Source: a virus (Duplodnaviria; Caudoviricetes). Taken from it: a stretch of 64,000 bases of DNA. The stretch lies in the IMG/VR virus record IMGVR_UViG_2974670102_000001, positions 32,001 to 96,000 of that record; one strand, 5' to 3'. The position numbers and the translations under genes are program-made. The notes beneath the pieces were generated by a model. The model saw only the letters and a list, made by a program, of their open reading frames with translations. It was not told the DNA's origin and ran no database searches. Below are positions 9,440 to 19,391 of this stretch, piece after piece (the first letter of the stretch is position 1; each line of letters opens with the position of its first letter).

Positions 9440-11146
9440 TTACATACCGAACGGCAGTGCAGCTTCACCCGAGAGGATTGCTGCTGCGGTGACCGACATG
9501 CCGCCACGACGCGAAGCCGTCGTTGCTTGGCGGCGGGGCGACGCGTAGCCCGGGCGTGCCGAGAACAGCGCAGCCTTCACCGAGGTCGGTGCGCGCGAAT
9601 CTTCTTCGAACTGGTCGACGAATTCCGGACCGCCATCGCATGCTGCCGCGTCGGTTTCGTGATCGTCTTCGTCCTCGTCCATGCCCTCGTCATCGCCCAG
9701 CATGTTCAGTGCCGTGACGTGCGAATTGCGGACTTCGACCGGGAGTTCACGCAGTTGCGAGGCAATCGTCAGAATCGCCTTCGCGTAGTCGACGCCTGCG
9801 CTTGCGAACACACGACGGATCAGCTTCTCGGCACCGCGCACGCCCGCAGCCGAGAACTCGGCTTCCAGCGATGCACGCAGTTCGTTGCGAACGTCCTTGA
9901 AGTAGCCAGCGCGGTTGATACCGACAGCCGCGATTGCCATACACTGGTCCATCGCCTCGTCTTGCGCTTGCGCTTCGGCGCGCAGGCCAGCCGTCAGCTT
10001 CAGGGCCTTGGCTTCGACGCGCTTGTTCAGCACGTCAGCCTTGCCCAGATTAACGGTTGCGAGAACGAAGCCCATGCCCTTCAGACCGGCACGCAGACCG
10101 TGCTTTTCCATTTCGCTGGCCGTGACCGATGCGAAGTTGTCCGAAAGATACATCTTGTCGACACCGGCCTTGACTGCTTGGCGCTGCGACAGGTTTGCGA
10201 TCACGCGCGGGCCCTTGAGAACGCGCACGTCGGTGCCCACGTTTGCGAACACCACGTCGTCCACGTCGTCGTCCGGCACACCGTCGATGTCGACGAGCGG
10301 CATTTCTTCTTCGGCCGGTGCGTTCTGGAGGATTTCGTCGTCCGTCACCGTGTCCAGTGCCGGAGTCGTCACACCCGGTTCGTCTTCAGCGTCTTCGAAC
10401 GTGTCGACATCGGCAACTGCGCCCGGTTCGAGCATCAGCGATTGTTCGGTAGCGCCTGCACCCGGTTCGAGTTCCGCACCCGAATCGGCGTTCGGAAGCA
10501 CCGGAGCGGTGCCCGGTTCTGCGCCGTCGGTAGGGGTTTCGCCCGTCGTGATGTAGCCGTCTGCCGGATCGATGTCGTTCGGCATCGTCTGCGTCGACTG
10601 CTGGCCGACTTCACCGGTCTCGTGGGCACGACGCGAAGCCAAGCCATCGCCTGCGGCCTCGACGCCCGAATCCGTGTGCGTGTCTTCCGACGCGTCCGGA
10701 TCGTTGTGGATCGCGGGGCCTGCGGGAGCCTCGTCGTTGCGCAGTTCGTCAGCGATGTTCGGGCTCTGGTCTTCGAAACCGGCCTCGGTCGGAACCTTGG
10801 GCTTCGATTGCGGTGCCAGCTTGACTTCGCCCGGATGCTTCTTCGGCTTGTCGAGCGCCTTGCCCGGTTCGACCTTCGGGCCGCCTTCGTCAGCAGCCGC
10901 CGTGGTCTTGCCGCCGTTCATGCGGTTTGTCTTTTCCGAGAACTTCGTGTCGTTGTTGAAGTGCGTCGAACCGCCCGGCTCTTCGCCCGGCTCGTGCAGC
11001 ATTTCAGCCTTCGTCGAACCGTGACGCAGTTTCACTTCCGAGGTCTCGGCCGCTTTCGTCGTTTCGTTCGGGAAGTGGAGCGAGGTGGAAGCCGCGTTTT
11101 CGCGAGCAGCCACGACTTGTTCCTTTTCTTTCGTCAGGATTGCCAT
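9440..11146 (-). CDS. prohead scaffolding / core protein
   Basis: 568 aa, highly acidic and low-complexity, between protease and decoration/MCP. Confidence 0.65.
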   Translation of the reverse strand: MAILTKEKEQVVAARENAASTSLHFPNETTKAAETSEVKLRHGSTKAEMLHEPGEEPGGSTHFNNDTKFSEKTNRMNGGKTTAAADEGGPKVEPGKALDKPKKHPGEVKLAPQSKPKVPTEAGFEDQSPNIADELRNDEAPAGPAIHNDPDASEDTHTDSGVEAAGDGLASRRAHETGEVGQQSTQTMPNDIDPADGYITTGETPTDGAEPGTAPVLPNADSGAELEPGAGATEQSLMLEPGAVADVDTFEDAEDEPGVTTPALDTVTDDEILQNAPAEEEMPLVDIDGVPDDDVDDVVFANVGTDVRVLKGPRVIANLSQRQAVKAGVDKMYLSDNFASVTASEMEKHGLRAGLKGMGFVLATVNLGKADVLNKRVEAKALKLTAGLRAEAQAQDEAMDQCMAIAAVGINRAGYFKDVRNELRASLEAEFSAAGVRGAEKLIRRVFASAGVDYAKAILTIASQLRELPVEVRNSHVTALNMLGDDEGMDEDEDDHETDAAACDGGPEFVDQFEEDSRAPTSVKAALFSARPGYASPRRQATTASRRGGMSVTAAAILSGEAALPFGM

Positions 11147-11276
11147 AAAGGTCCTCTGTTATCTAGGTGGGAGTACGATAAAAATGCCGAATGTGCGAAA
11201 TTCGGTAAGCATCGTCCTACCCACTCGCACACGGTTACACGGCAGTCGGGAGTGCGAAAAATCCGACTGCGCGGTG

Positions 11277-12170
11277 TTACGTTAAAATTGAGTTCTGCGA
11301 ATTGTTACGCGCCACAGAACCAAAATCCACCACGTTGTCCGAAAGTGCCGGTGCCCACGCCGGGTCCTTCACAATCGAACACTCAATCGGCTGAATTCCG
11401 TGAGCATTCAGGAATGCCAAATGAGTAGAGCCGTCGAAATCGCGATATTTCTTCCAGTTCACGTTTTTCGTGCCCGTGATGTGGCCACACGTGTGTCGCG
11501 TAGAGCACGAAGCCCCGCAATAACCGCACGTGAAATACTCGACAAGAGCACCCATCGAGTAGGTGTTGATTTCCTTCGTCAGCACTTTCTGCGCGACATC
11601 CGGATACTTGTTCTTGTCGATGGCCAGTAGCCCCATCACCTTCCACAGCTTCCCGTCACCGTAGCCCTCGACCTTGTGGAACGACGCATCGAGGATGATG
11701 CCGTACGCACGTTCGTGGACTTCGTTGTCGTGTTCTAGGTGGACTGGGCAACCCTTCCACGCCTTATACGACATGCGGTTCGTCGGGGGCGGCAGGAAAC
11801 GCGCGAGTTCATCGCGCGGAAACGCGATACCGTTTCGGTTCGGGATATCGGACGGACACACCAGCGTGTTGACGATGATGTAATCCTCGATGCGCGGGCT
11901 GATCTTGTAGGTTTGTGCTGCGAACGGAAGCCACGTTTCGTAGTCCAGACGAGATACCAATGTCTGGTCCTTCTCTGCGTCCATCGTTTCCTGTGCCACA
12001 CCCACGTTGTCACCACGCCCCGTGCGTATAGCCTCGTGCTGCGCTTCACCGGGATCGATCTCGGGTGCGTGGCGTGGATTCAAGTTCTCGATTTCGTGTG
12101 GAGTCGTAGTGGAGTCCGAACGAACCTGTTGGGGTTTCTTGCCCCATGCGCTTGGCATCATTGGTTTCAT
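11277..12170 (-). CDS. prohead maturation protease
   Basis: PNRNG, VHLEHDN (His), YSMGA (Ser), CxxC...CxH insert, ECSIVKDPAW; upstream of scaffold and MCP. Confidence 0.8.
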   Translation of the reverse strand: MKPMMPSAWGKKPQQVRSDSTTTPHEIENLNPRHAPEIDPGEAQHEAIRTGRGDNVGVAQETMDAEKDQTLVSRLDYETWLPFAAQTYKISPRIEDYIIVNTLVCPSDIPNRNGIAFPRDELARFLPPPTNRMSYKAWKGCPVHLEHDNEVHERAYGIILDASFHKVEGYGDGKLWKVMGLLAIDKNKYPDVAQKVLTKEINTYSMGALVEYFTCGYCGASCSTRHTCGHITGTKNVNWKKYRDFDGSTHLAFLNAHGIQPIECSIVKDPAWAPALSDNVVDFGSVARNNSQNSILT

Positions 12171-12179
12171 ACAGCCTCC

Positions 12180-12590
12180 TTACTTCGCGGCTGCGTAGAA
12201 CTCGGTGCCCGCAGTTGCAAACGTGAGGCGCAGCGCCGAGAACACCGGAATCGTAGCCATCGTGATTGCGCCCGTGCCCGGAACCGTCAACTCGCCTGCG
12301 GTGTCCCAGACAACAGATTCCTGTACAGCAGGGTCCGGGTCGGTTGCGAGACCTGCGTTCGAGAGTGTGAACGCCACTTTCACCGAACCGCCCTTGGCCT
12401 GAAACGCGAACCCCAGTTGGGGCAGTCGCGAATTCGAGGCCAGTTCGGACACCGAAACGTAGGCAACGTCACCGTCCGCTTGCGACGTGGCACCGAACCA
12501 ACCGATAACACCGTCTGGAACCGAAGCCGCGCCAATACCGCGCACACCGTTTCGATACGGTGCGTGATTACCTTGCAGTTTGACCGCCAT
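12180..12590 (-). CDS. hypothetical protein, probably virion structural
   Basis: 136 aa beta-rich ORF with GGAG RBS. Confidence 0.7.
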   Translation of the reverse strand: MAVKLQGNHAPYRNGVRGIGAASVPDGVIGWFGATSQADGDVAYVSVSELASNSRLPQLGFAFQAKGGSVKVAFTLSNAGLATDPDPAVQESVVWDTAGELTVPGTGAITMATIPVFSALRLTFATAGTEFYAAAK

Positions 12591-12600
12591 GATTCACTCC

Positions 12601-13128
12601 TTATGCTGCGTTGTGCTCGTCGCCTTCAGCAGTGGGTTCGTCAGCAGCTTCGTGCTGCTCTTGTGCCTGCTCCGCGCTCACGTCGTGGGCCGTTTCTGCC
12701 GTAGGTACGTCAGCAGCTTCGGTTTGTTCAGGAGCGTGCGTTTCTTCCGTCGCGTCTGCGCCAGCGCCCGCGTTCGCAGCCGGGTCAGCGTCTACAGCTT
12801 CGGGAGCCACGGCGTCAGCAGCCGGAGGCGCTTCGACAGGTGCAGGTGCCTCGACAGGCGCGGCCACGGGTGCCGGTGCTTCAGCCTCGATAGAGACCGG
12901 TGCAGCGACCGGCTCGGCGTCTGCGGCGGCCGGGTGACCCGGGAACGTGGTGGGCATGCGGCTCGGATACGCGAGACCGCCACCGACTTCGTGCGGCTGC
13001 ATGCCGAAGTACTTCAGCGCGAACATGTGGAGGTGATGGAAGTCCTCGGACAGCATGTGGACGCCTTCGGAAACCGCGAAACCTGCGTCGCGCAGGGCTT
13101 GTTTGATCTTTGCGTAGTCAAAGCTCAT
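12601..13128 (-). CDS. Ala/Pro/Glu-rich hypothetical protein
   Basis: 175 aa ORF with (V/I)EAPAP repeats; late motif upstream. Confidence 0.7.
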   Translation of the reverse strand: MSFDYAKIKQALRDAGFAVSEGVHMLSEDFHHLHMFALKYFGMQPHEVGGGLAYPSRMPTTFPGHPAAADAEPVAAPVSIEAEAPAPVAAPVEAPAPVEAPPAADAVAPEAVDADPAANAGAGADATEETHAPEQTEAADVPTAETAHDVSAEQAQEQHEAADEPTAEGDEHNAA

Positions 13129-13150
13129 GGGCTTTTCCCCTTAGAAAATG

Positions 13151-13183
13151 AAAAAACGGCAGACAAGTTTCCCTGTCTGCCGT
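13151..13183 (-). terminator. Rho-independent terminator after the helicase gene
   Basis: ACGGCAGACA...TGTCTGCCGT stem with a T-tail on the minus strand. Confidence 0.75.
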
Positions 13184-13205
13184 CATGAAATTGCTGATTG
13201 TGTGG

Positions 13206-16200
13206 TCAGCTTAGCACTCGAACTTTCAATGCTTTCATCTTCTTGAACTGCCCGTTGAGGGTGGCCGCATTTTGCACCGTAACCCCCATTTCCTTCAATT
13301 TTCGTGCAGTTTCGCGTATTTCTGCGATTGTGCCGAACCTGATCAGGCGTGCTGGGTGTACCTTCCACTCAGCCTTTTGCTTCGTTTTCCTCACCGCATT
13401 TTTCGTTCCCGGTTGGCCCGAGCCGCGCGGCAACATCAGGTACGCCTTCCCGTTTTCGAACACCGGGTACGGAGTGATCTGCGTGTCGTCGGCGCTGGCC
13501 ACGTGCTGTGTCACGTAGAAGTTCGGAAGTTTGGCCGAAGCCGCTGCCTTGATCCGATCCTGCGTGCCCGACTTCGCAACCAACTCATCGTGGAATCCAC
13601 CGAACCAGCGTTGTGCACCAGCCTTCATGAACTTCTTCGGGTGCCCGATACCAGCATCAGCCCACGCGTTCAGGATCGAGACGAAATGCTTAGGACCCTT
13701 GAGCGCGGCACGCGTCGACGCCGGGGCGGCCCGGAAGCCAGCAGCCTGCAACGTCTGGACCACCGTCATGTTTTCCATGTCACCGTCGTACATCAACCCA
13801 GCGTACCCGTTGTGGTCGACGAGACTCAGCTTCATGGTCAGAGCCTTCTTGCGCGCGCGGTCACGAGTGCGCTGCTCACGTGCCTGTCTACGCAGTTCCT
13901 TGACCTTCTGGGCCTTCGATTGCGCTCGGCTCAGCGTGTATCCAGCAGCCTGTACGTTACCTACGTTCACGAGGCGGAAACCCTTGACCTCGGCCATGCG
14001 CTCCCGGATCGTCTTGCCTTCCACCATGTCCTCAACCAAGAACGTGCTGGCCTTGCGCACACGAACCGAGAATCCAGAGTTCAGACGAACCGTCAAATGT
14101 TTGGCACGAGCGCCACACCTGACGATTTCACCTTCCCCGAATTCGGTGTGTACTGCGCGGCCCTTCAATCCGGACAGCGCGGCGTCCACTGCGTCATCCA
14201 GCGACTCGGCCCCGTCGTCGGCTGTAGCGTAGTCGTCCTCCACCTGATTCAGGTGATCGTCGATTCGCACCAGCCCGAGTTCGGCCATTGCTACCACGTT
14301 CGAACCCGGTGAGTACGGAACCAGTGACATGAAGCCCACATCCTTCGGTGCAGGTGCCACTGGAATTCGACGCATAGACGGCGCAGTTCCATACTTCTTG
14401 ACGTACGCCTGTCGATACTGCTCGTAGTCCTCGTCGCGCACACGCTCAAAAGCCGATAGCGCCTTTGCGTACTCCATCAGGCCCGGCCGATCTTCGCTGA
14501 CGAACTCCCACGTGTTGAACGAGAGAATCGAGTCAAGCGACATCTTGATCACCGGCACAGTCGGAAGTTCGGAGTACAGCGGATTGTCCGCGTTCTCGAA
14601 CTGAGCAACGCTGATCACCTTCGAGATCAGACGCGCAGCCTTCGTCACGTCGATGGTCTTGTTGACGGTGAACGAATCGAAGAACACGAACTCCCGACGA
14701 TCCTCCGACTTCAGTTCCGGTCGGTTGGCGCGGCTGTTACCCTGTTCGAGAGTACCCGGACTCCACACGACTTCGGATCGGCAGATGCGCGACACGAACT
14801 GGAAGTTGAGACCTTCGTTCATCGAGACCTCGACACCCACCATCCAGCGGATGCGTGCCATCTTCTCGAAGCGTCGGCCATGCTCCATCTTGTTCTCGGC
14901 CTTATAGAGCATCCCGCATTCGCGTAGCTCCGGGGGCGCAAGACGCCAGACTTCCTCAGCCGATATCACGTTGTTCGTGAACACCAGCACCTTGCCGTCA
15001 AACGGGCCGTACGGTGCCTTCTTCCCGGTCTCCGGATCGATGGCCTCACCGCCAAACAGGTGAGCGGCCACACGCTTCAGAATCATCTTGACCTTCGGGC
15101 TGTCGCGATCTGCTCCGTGGAGAAGTTGGGAACCCAAAGGATCGTGACCCGGTGCCATCAGGAACTGTTCAAGCCGGGCCAGATACGGGCGCAGGAGCGA
15201 CGCCAAGTCGTTGCCTGCATCTTCGTCGTGTTCGTCGTCGCCTTCCTCCTGATCTTCCACGTCGGCGCGCATGGCCTTGCGATCATGGCGGCCTAGAAAT
15301 CGCGACAGTTCGGAGTTCTCACGAGCCGCCTCTTCGATCTTCTGGATCGTTTCTTCCAGAATGGAGTCGTACACAGCCTGTTGGTTCGGGGTCAATTCGC
15401 AACCGCCGATCCACTCACGCTTCGTCGGTAGGAACGCGGCCCACTCTTTCCGCATTGCGCCCGCAACAACCACACGCTGCTTGATCTTGCGCATGATCTG
15501 CTCTTGTGCTCCGGGCTTCCAGAGCTTGACGCGGCCACCGCTCACCTCTTCACCGTACTTGGCATTGAACTCGTCACGAGTCCCGAACAGCGTGGGGTCC
15601 ATCGACGCCACCTGCATTGCCATGTCACTCGGGCTATCGTGTGCCATCGTGCCAGACGCCAGCCGAATCTTCGGGATATCGGTGATCAGGCACATGGACG
15701 CAAACGTCCGGGCCGTGTCGTTCTTCACGCGGTGACTCTCGTCGAGACCTGCATAGCAGAAACGGAACTGGCGCAGAAAGTCGATGATCGGGTACACGAC
15801 AACCGGCGTCGTCCCGTAGCACACGTTGTACTGACGGTAGCGCAGCGCATCGTAGTCACACACGACCACGGTGTTGCGGGGTGCGCTCTCCAACATCTTC
15901 TGCAAGCGCTCCAGTCCGTGCACCCGAATGTTCTCCATCGAGATCGGAATCACGTTCATCTGGCCGCCCGTGAAGTACAGCATTTCGTTCACGTAGTTGG
16001 CCAACAGGTGACCCGGACATAGCACGACGTACGGAGCGTACCGGTTGTGCAGAATCTCGATCAGGATGTCGGTGATCAGCAGCAACGATTTGCCACCGCC
16101 CGCCTGAACCGGAAGCAGTGCGAACAACGGGGATTCACGCAGGATGTTCCGAATTTTGAACTGGTGAGGCAACAGCCCAACCTTTCGCAATTCGTCGAGA

Positions 16201-17810
16201 AGCGGGATCGCCTCGATCTGCCACTCCGGGTCTTCCCCCTGAGTGATCGCGGCGTTGCGCAGGCGCACGTCCTCAGCGCGCAGTTCAGCCAAGCGCGGCC
16301 CGTACTCGGCTACCATGATCAGCCACGGCATCAACTCGCTCACCGTCCTCACCGAGTATTCGGTGTACACGGCTTCGAGGTTCTTGCTGATGGCCGCACG
16401 AATGGCCTTGAAGTAACGGGCGAGCGGACGGAACGCGGAGAACCCGGTCTCCAGAATATGCGCCCAATACACGTCGTCGACGAACTGCGGATCGTATTCG
16501 AATGCATCTGCCGCATACTGGAACCACTCGACCGGATTCGTCATGGTCTTGAGCGTGCCACGCAGTACAGCGTTCTTCACGTCTGCCAGATCAGACTCGG
16601 CTGGATTGAAGGCTTGAGCCGAAGTGACCCCAACCTTTTCTCCCATGGCCACCAGCAACTCAATCTGGCGCACCTGAACACGGCGCTCTTCCATGAGCAC
16701 GCGGATGTGCGGAACCTCAGCGGCCCGGTGACGGGTTAGATCGGTGACCTGAAGATGGCCCAGCGCTCCGGTGTACGCGTACTTGTTGTTCACCCAGTCG
16801 ACGAGCACCGGCACGTTCTTCGGGAGCTTGGCCTTCGGCTCGTGCCCAGCACGATGGGCCTCAGCACCCTCCGTCAGATCGATCAGGGCGTATGCCCCGT
16901 CGGCGCGCGTGCCTGCCTGCTTGTACCGTTCCTCATAGTCGATGACCTGCGCCAGCGGTATGGACTTCGGGATGAAGTAGGGCTTGCCGTTCGGGCCGAT
17001 AGACAGCAGGTGTTCGTTGACGCGTGCGCTCTCTACGTGCGAAGCAGGAAGCGTGTGCGCGATCTTCGAGATCGGGAACGCGGCCACCGGGGTCGTGCCG
17101 CGCTCACCAAAGGCGTCGCCTACCCACTGATGAAGCATCGGGTAGATGTCGATCTCACGCAGCGACGCCCATTCGGTAGTCGTCATCTGCTGAGCTTCGG
17201 CTTTCGTGATCCGGAAGTCGAGGAATGCGACTGCGAGACTGCCCTTCGTGGAGATTCGAAGCCGGTACAGGCATTGACGAATTTGGGCAGCGATAGGCTC
17301 CGGAACGTGGTGAGCCTCGCGCAGCACGCGGTCGACGGGCCACACGAGATCGGGCTGCTCGGGCGTCCGCGCCTCCAACATGGCGCGCAGACGTTCAATG
17401 TCCGCCGTATGCGCCACGGTCGCGCGCGGAGGCTCCCCATCACGCGAACGTCGGATGAAGTTTTCGAAGAGGAATCGGAATCCGGATTCCGGGGCCGCCA
17501 CCGGAAATGCGTAGACGGGCACCGCACACTCGACGTAGCCGAGTTCACGTTGCACCTTGACGCGCAGGTAGTTTGCGTTGACTGCACGGCCCGGAATCTC
17601 AACGAGGTGCATCTTGCGCTTGCCCTTCCCGAATTCAGGGTCGCGGGCAACGCTAGGAAACAGGGTGTTGGCCCAGAGCTTGGTGACGAACACCGTGGGC
17701 GAGCCGGTGTACCGCTTCGTGTACATGCACATGAAACGGGACTTCAGAGCCTTGCGATCCAGCGCCAAGTGCTCGGGTACAACGAGGTTGGTTGTTGGTC
17801 TGAGTGCCAT
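13206..17810 (-). CDS. large SNF2/SF2-family helicase/ATPase
   Basis: 1534 aa; QAGGGKS (Walker A), LDESH (motif II), ASGT (III), EGLNFQ (V), QGNSRANR (VI); C-terminal HTEFGEGEI Tudor-like element. Confidence 0.88.
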   Translation of the reverse strand: MALRPTTNLVVPEHLALDRKALKSRFMCMYTKRYTGSPTVFVTKLWANTLFPSVARDPEFGKGKRKMHLVEIPGRAVNANYLRVKVQRELGYVECAVPVYAFPVAAPESGFRFLFENFIRRSRDGEPPRATVAHTADIERLRAMLEARTPEQPDLVWPVDRVLREAHHVPEPIAAQIRQCLYRLRISTKGSLAVAFLDFRITKAEAQQMTTTEWASLREIDIYPMLHQWVGDAFGERGTTPVAAFPISKIAHTLPASHVESARVNEHLLSIGPNGKPYFIPKSIPLAQVIDYEERYKQAGTRADGAYALIDLTEGAEAHRAGHEPKAKLPKNVPVLVDWVNNKYAYTGALGHLQVTDLTRHRAAEVPHIRVLMEERRVQVRQIELLVAMGEKVGVTSAQAFNPAESDLADVKNAVLRGTLKTMTNPVEWFQYAADAFEYDPQFVDDVYWAHILETGFSAFRPLARYFKAIRAAISKNLEAVYTEYSVRTVSELMPWLIMVAEYGPRLAELRAEDVRLRNAAITQGEDPEWQIEAIPLLDELRKVGLLPHQFKIRNILRESPLFALLPVQAGGGKSLLLITDILIEILHNRYAPYVVLCPGHLLANYVNEMLYFTGGQMNVIPISMENIRVHGLERLQKMLESAPRNTVVVCDYDALRYRQYNVCYGTTPVVVYPIIDFLRQFRFCYAGLDESHRVKNDTARTFASMCLITDIPKIRLASGTMAHDSPSDMAMQVASMDPTLFGTRDEFNAKYGEEVSGGRVKLWKPGAQEQIMRKIKQRVVVAGAMRKEWAAFLPTKREWIGGCELTPNQQAVYDSILEETIQKIEEAARENSELSRFLGRHDRKAMRADVEDQEEGDDEHDEDAGNDLASLLRPYLARLEQFLMAPGHDPLGSQLLHGADRDSPKVKMILKRVAAHLFGGEAIDPETGKKAPYGPFDGKVLVFTNNVISAEEVWRLAPPELRECGMLYKAENKMEHGRRFEKMARIRWMVGVEVSMNEGLNFQFVSRICRSEVVWSPGTLEQGNSRANRPELKSEDRREFVFFDSFTVNKTIDVTKAARLISKVISVAQFENADNPLYSELPTVPVIKMSLDSILSFNTWEFVSEDRPGLMEYAKALSAFERVRDEDYEQYRQAYVKKYGTAPSMRRIPVAPAPKDVGFMSLVPYSPGSNVVAMAELGLVRIDDHLNQVEDDYATADDGAESLDDAVDAALSGLKGRAVHTEFGEGEIVRCGARAKHLTVRLNSGFSVRVRKASTFLVEDMVEGKTIRERMAEVKGFRLVNVGNVQAAGYTLSRAQSKAQKVKELRRQAREQRTRDRARKKALTMKLSLVDHNGYAGLMYDGDMENMTVVQTLQAAGFRAAPASTRAALKGPKHFVSILNAWADAGIGHPKKFMKAGAQRWFGGFHDELVAKSGTQDRIKAAASAKLPNFYVTQHVASADDTQITPYPVFENGKAYLMLPRGSGQPGTKNAVRKTKQKAEWKVHPARLIRFGTIAEIRETARKLKEMGVTVQNAATLNGQFKKMKALKVRVLS

Positions 17811-17831
17811 TCGAGTCCTATCTAAAACGAG

Positions 17832-17862
17832 AAAGGCCCCGATAACCTTCGCTATCGGGGCT
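17832..17862 (-). terminator. hairpin / terminator-like element
   Basis: GCCCCGATA...TATCGGGGC. Confidence 0.55.
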
Positions 17863-17902
17863 ATTCCTGCAAGTCTACCACAGGTCTGATCTATTTACTA
17901 CA

Positions 17903-18610
17903 TCAGACCGGGTGCTTTGTTGCGGCCTTGAATCGAATGGCCTTGAAGTGTGGCGTCCACAACACACGCTTTACGAAGTCTTCGAGTTCGGCGCGGCTTG
18001 GCATGTGGTTGGTCGGAAGATCGGGGAACGAGTGCACCACGATCTCGTAGCCAATATGCCACGAACGCGGCCCCTTATCGGGCGCTGCCTGCACGTAGAC
18101 CATGAGCCCCTGACCTAGGTCACGAACGTGTTTCTGGCCACGCCCAGCCGGGCTGAAACGCGGGTCCGGAGCCTGCCGAATCCATTGATCGAACGACGGA
18201 TCGCTAACCTCGACCAGTGCGTCGACGCATAGGATGAAGCCGTCGTCCGTCATGTGGACTTCGGTCGTCACCTTCTTTGTCAGCACATCGTCGAAAAGTC
18301 CGACACGATCCACAAACCTTGCGAGTTCGAGACGACGTTGACGCAATTCGTTTGAGATCGAATCGTTACGCGCCTGATGCACGTTCTGGAACGGATAGAC
18401 ACCACGGTCAGCGCACATCGTGACGTAGCGCGAGATACATTGCGCCCAGTCCTGTCGTGTGCTGCCCATGGGCTTCAGCTTCTCGACGGCCGCGATCCAC
18501 ACGCTCTTGTTGTTCGGGTTGAGCGAACGCGGGAACACTGTGGGGCTAGGTTCCCGTGCCTGCTCTTTCGGGTCAATGCCCAAGTGTGAGAGAAACGGGT
18601 AGTCCTTCAT
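17903..18610 (-). CDS. hypothetical protein (start re-assigned to MKDYPF)
   Basis: ATG at 18610 directly follows the stop of the upstream gene at 18612. Confidence 0.7.
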   Translation of the reverse strand: MKDYPFLSHLGIDPKEQAREPSPTVFPRSLNPNNKSVWIAAVEKLKPMGSTRQDWAQCISRYVTMCADRGVYPFQNVHQARNDSISNELRQRRLELARFVDRVGLFDDVLTKKVTTEVHMTDDGFILCVDALVEVSDPSFDQWIRQAPDPRFSPAGRGQKHVRDLGQGLMVYVQAAPDKGPRSWHIGYEIVVHSFPDLPTNHMPSRAELEDFVKRVLWTPHFKAIRFKAATKHPV

Positions 18611-18611
18611 G

Positions 18612-19064
18612 TTACTGGCCCATGAGGCGACGTGCCGCCGAGATCGCGATGCTGTTGTCCGCGACGGCTGCGGTAACGGAAGCCAGTTGCACGTCGTCAC
18701 GTTCGAGTTGCTGTTCGTGGCTCGGCGTGTCGAAGCCGCCGTCATCGTACAGGTCTGCCTGATCGCGCGCGTCACCTGCCCCCATGTTCGGCGCGCTGTC
18801 ATTGAGGGCAACCCGATCCGGGCTCGTGGTGCCGGGATCGTAGTCATCGACCAGCACCTCTTGGTCCTTCGACAGCGGAGCCGCCTGCTGCTCCAGCGGC
18901 TGGCCGCTCTCTTGCTGCCCGAGCATGCGGTAGCTGATGGCTTCCAGCGTCTCGTGGTCGACGCCCACCGATTCAGCCAGCATGTGGAACTGCTGATCGC
19001 TCGGCTGCGGGTTGATCTGGAGGAAGAGTTCGATCAGCGCTTCCAGAATTTGCGGATTCTTCAT
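18612..19064 (-). CDS. acidic putative head protein with C-terminal ISAARRLM motif
   Basis: 150 aa, AAGGA RBS. Confidence 0.7.
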   Translation of the reverse strand: MKNPQILEALIELFLQINPQPSDQQFHMLAESVGVDHETLEAISYRMLGQQESGQPLEQQAAPLSKDQEVLVDDYDPGTTSPDRVALNDSAPNMGAGDARDQADLYDDGGFDTPSHEQQLERDDVQLASVTAAVADNSIAISAARRLMGQ

Positions 19065-19073
19065 GTGTAGTCC

Positions 19074-19391
19074 TTAACCGCGACGTGCGCGGTGCAAGTG
19101 GTTATGTCGCTTGTCGTGGCAACCTTGGCAGAGGCTGATGAGATTGGCCGGAGAGTTCGTGCCTCCCGACGACAGGGGCACCAGATGATGCACCTCGTTT
19201 GCCGGTTTCTTGCACTGCTTTCCTCCGATAAGGGCACGGCAGAGACCACCGTCTCTCGCGATGATCTTGGCCCTGATCTCCCACCAACCCGCTTTCGTCT
19301 GCATCCCGTTGACGGTGTTGTAGTTCTCGCGTCGGATTGACCCGACACCAGAACTGCCACGACGTGCGCTCCTGATTCGGCGTGCGAACAT
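19074..19391 (-). CDS. HNH endonuclease (small, possibly packaging-associated)
   Basis: RDGGLC...C...EVHHLVPLSSGGTN...NLISLCQGCHDKRH; ATG overlaps the upstream stop (TAATG). Confidence 0.85.
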   Translation of the reverse strand: MFARRIRSARRGSSGVGSIRRENYNTVNGMQTKAGWWEIRAKIIARDGGLCRALIGGKQCKKPANEVHHLVPLSSGGTNSPANLISLCQGCHDKRHNHLHRARRG

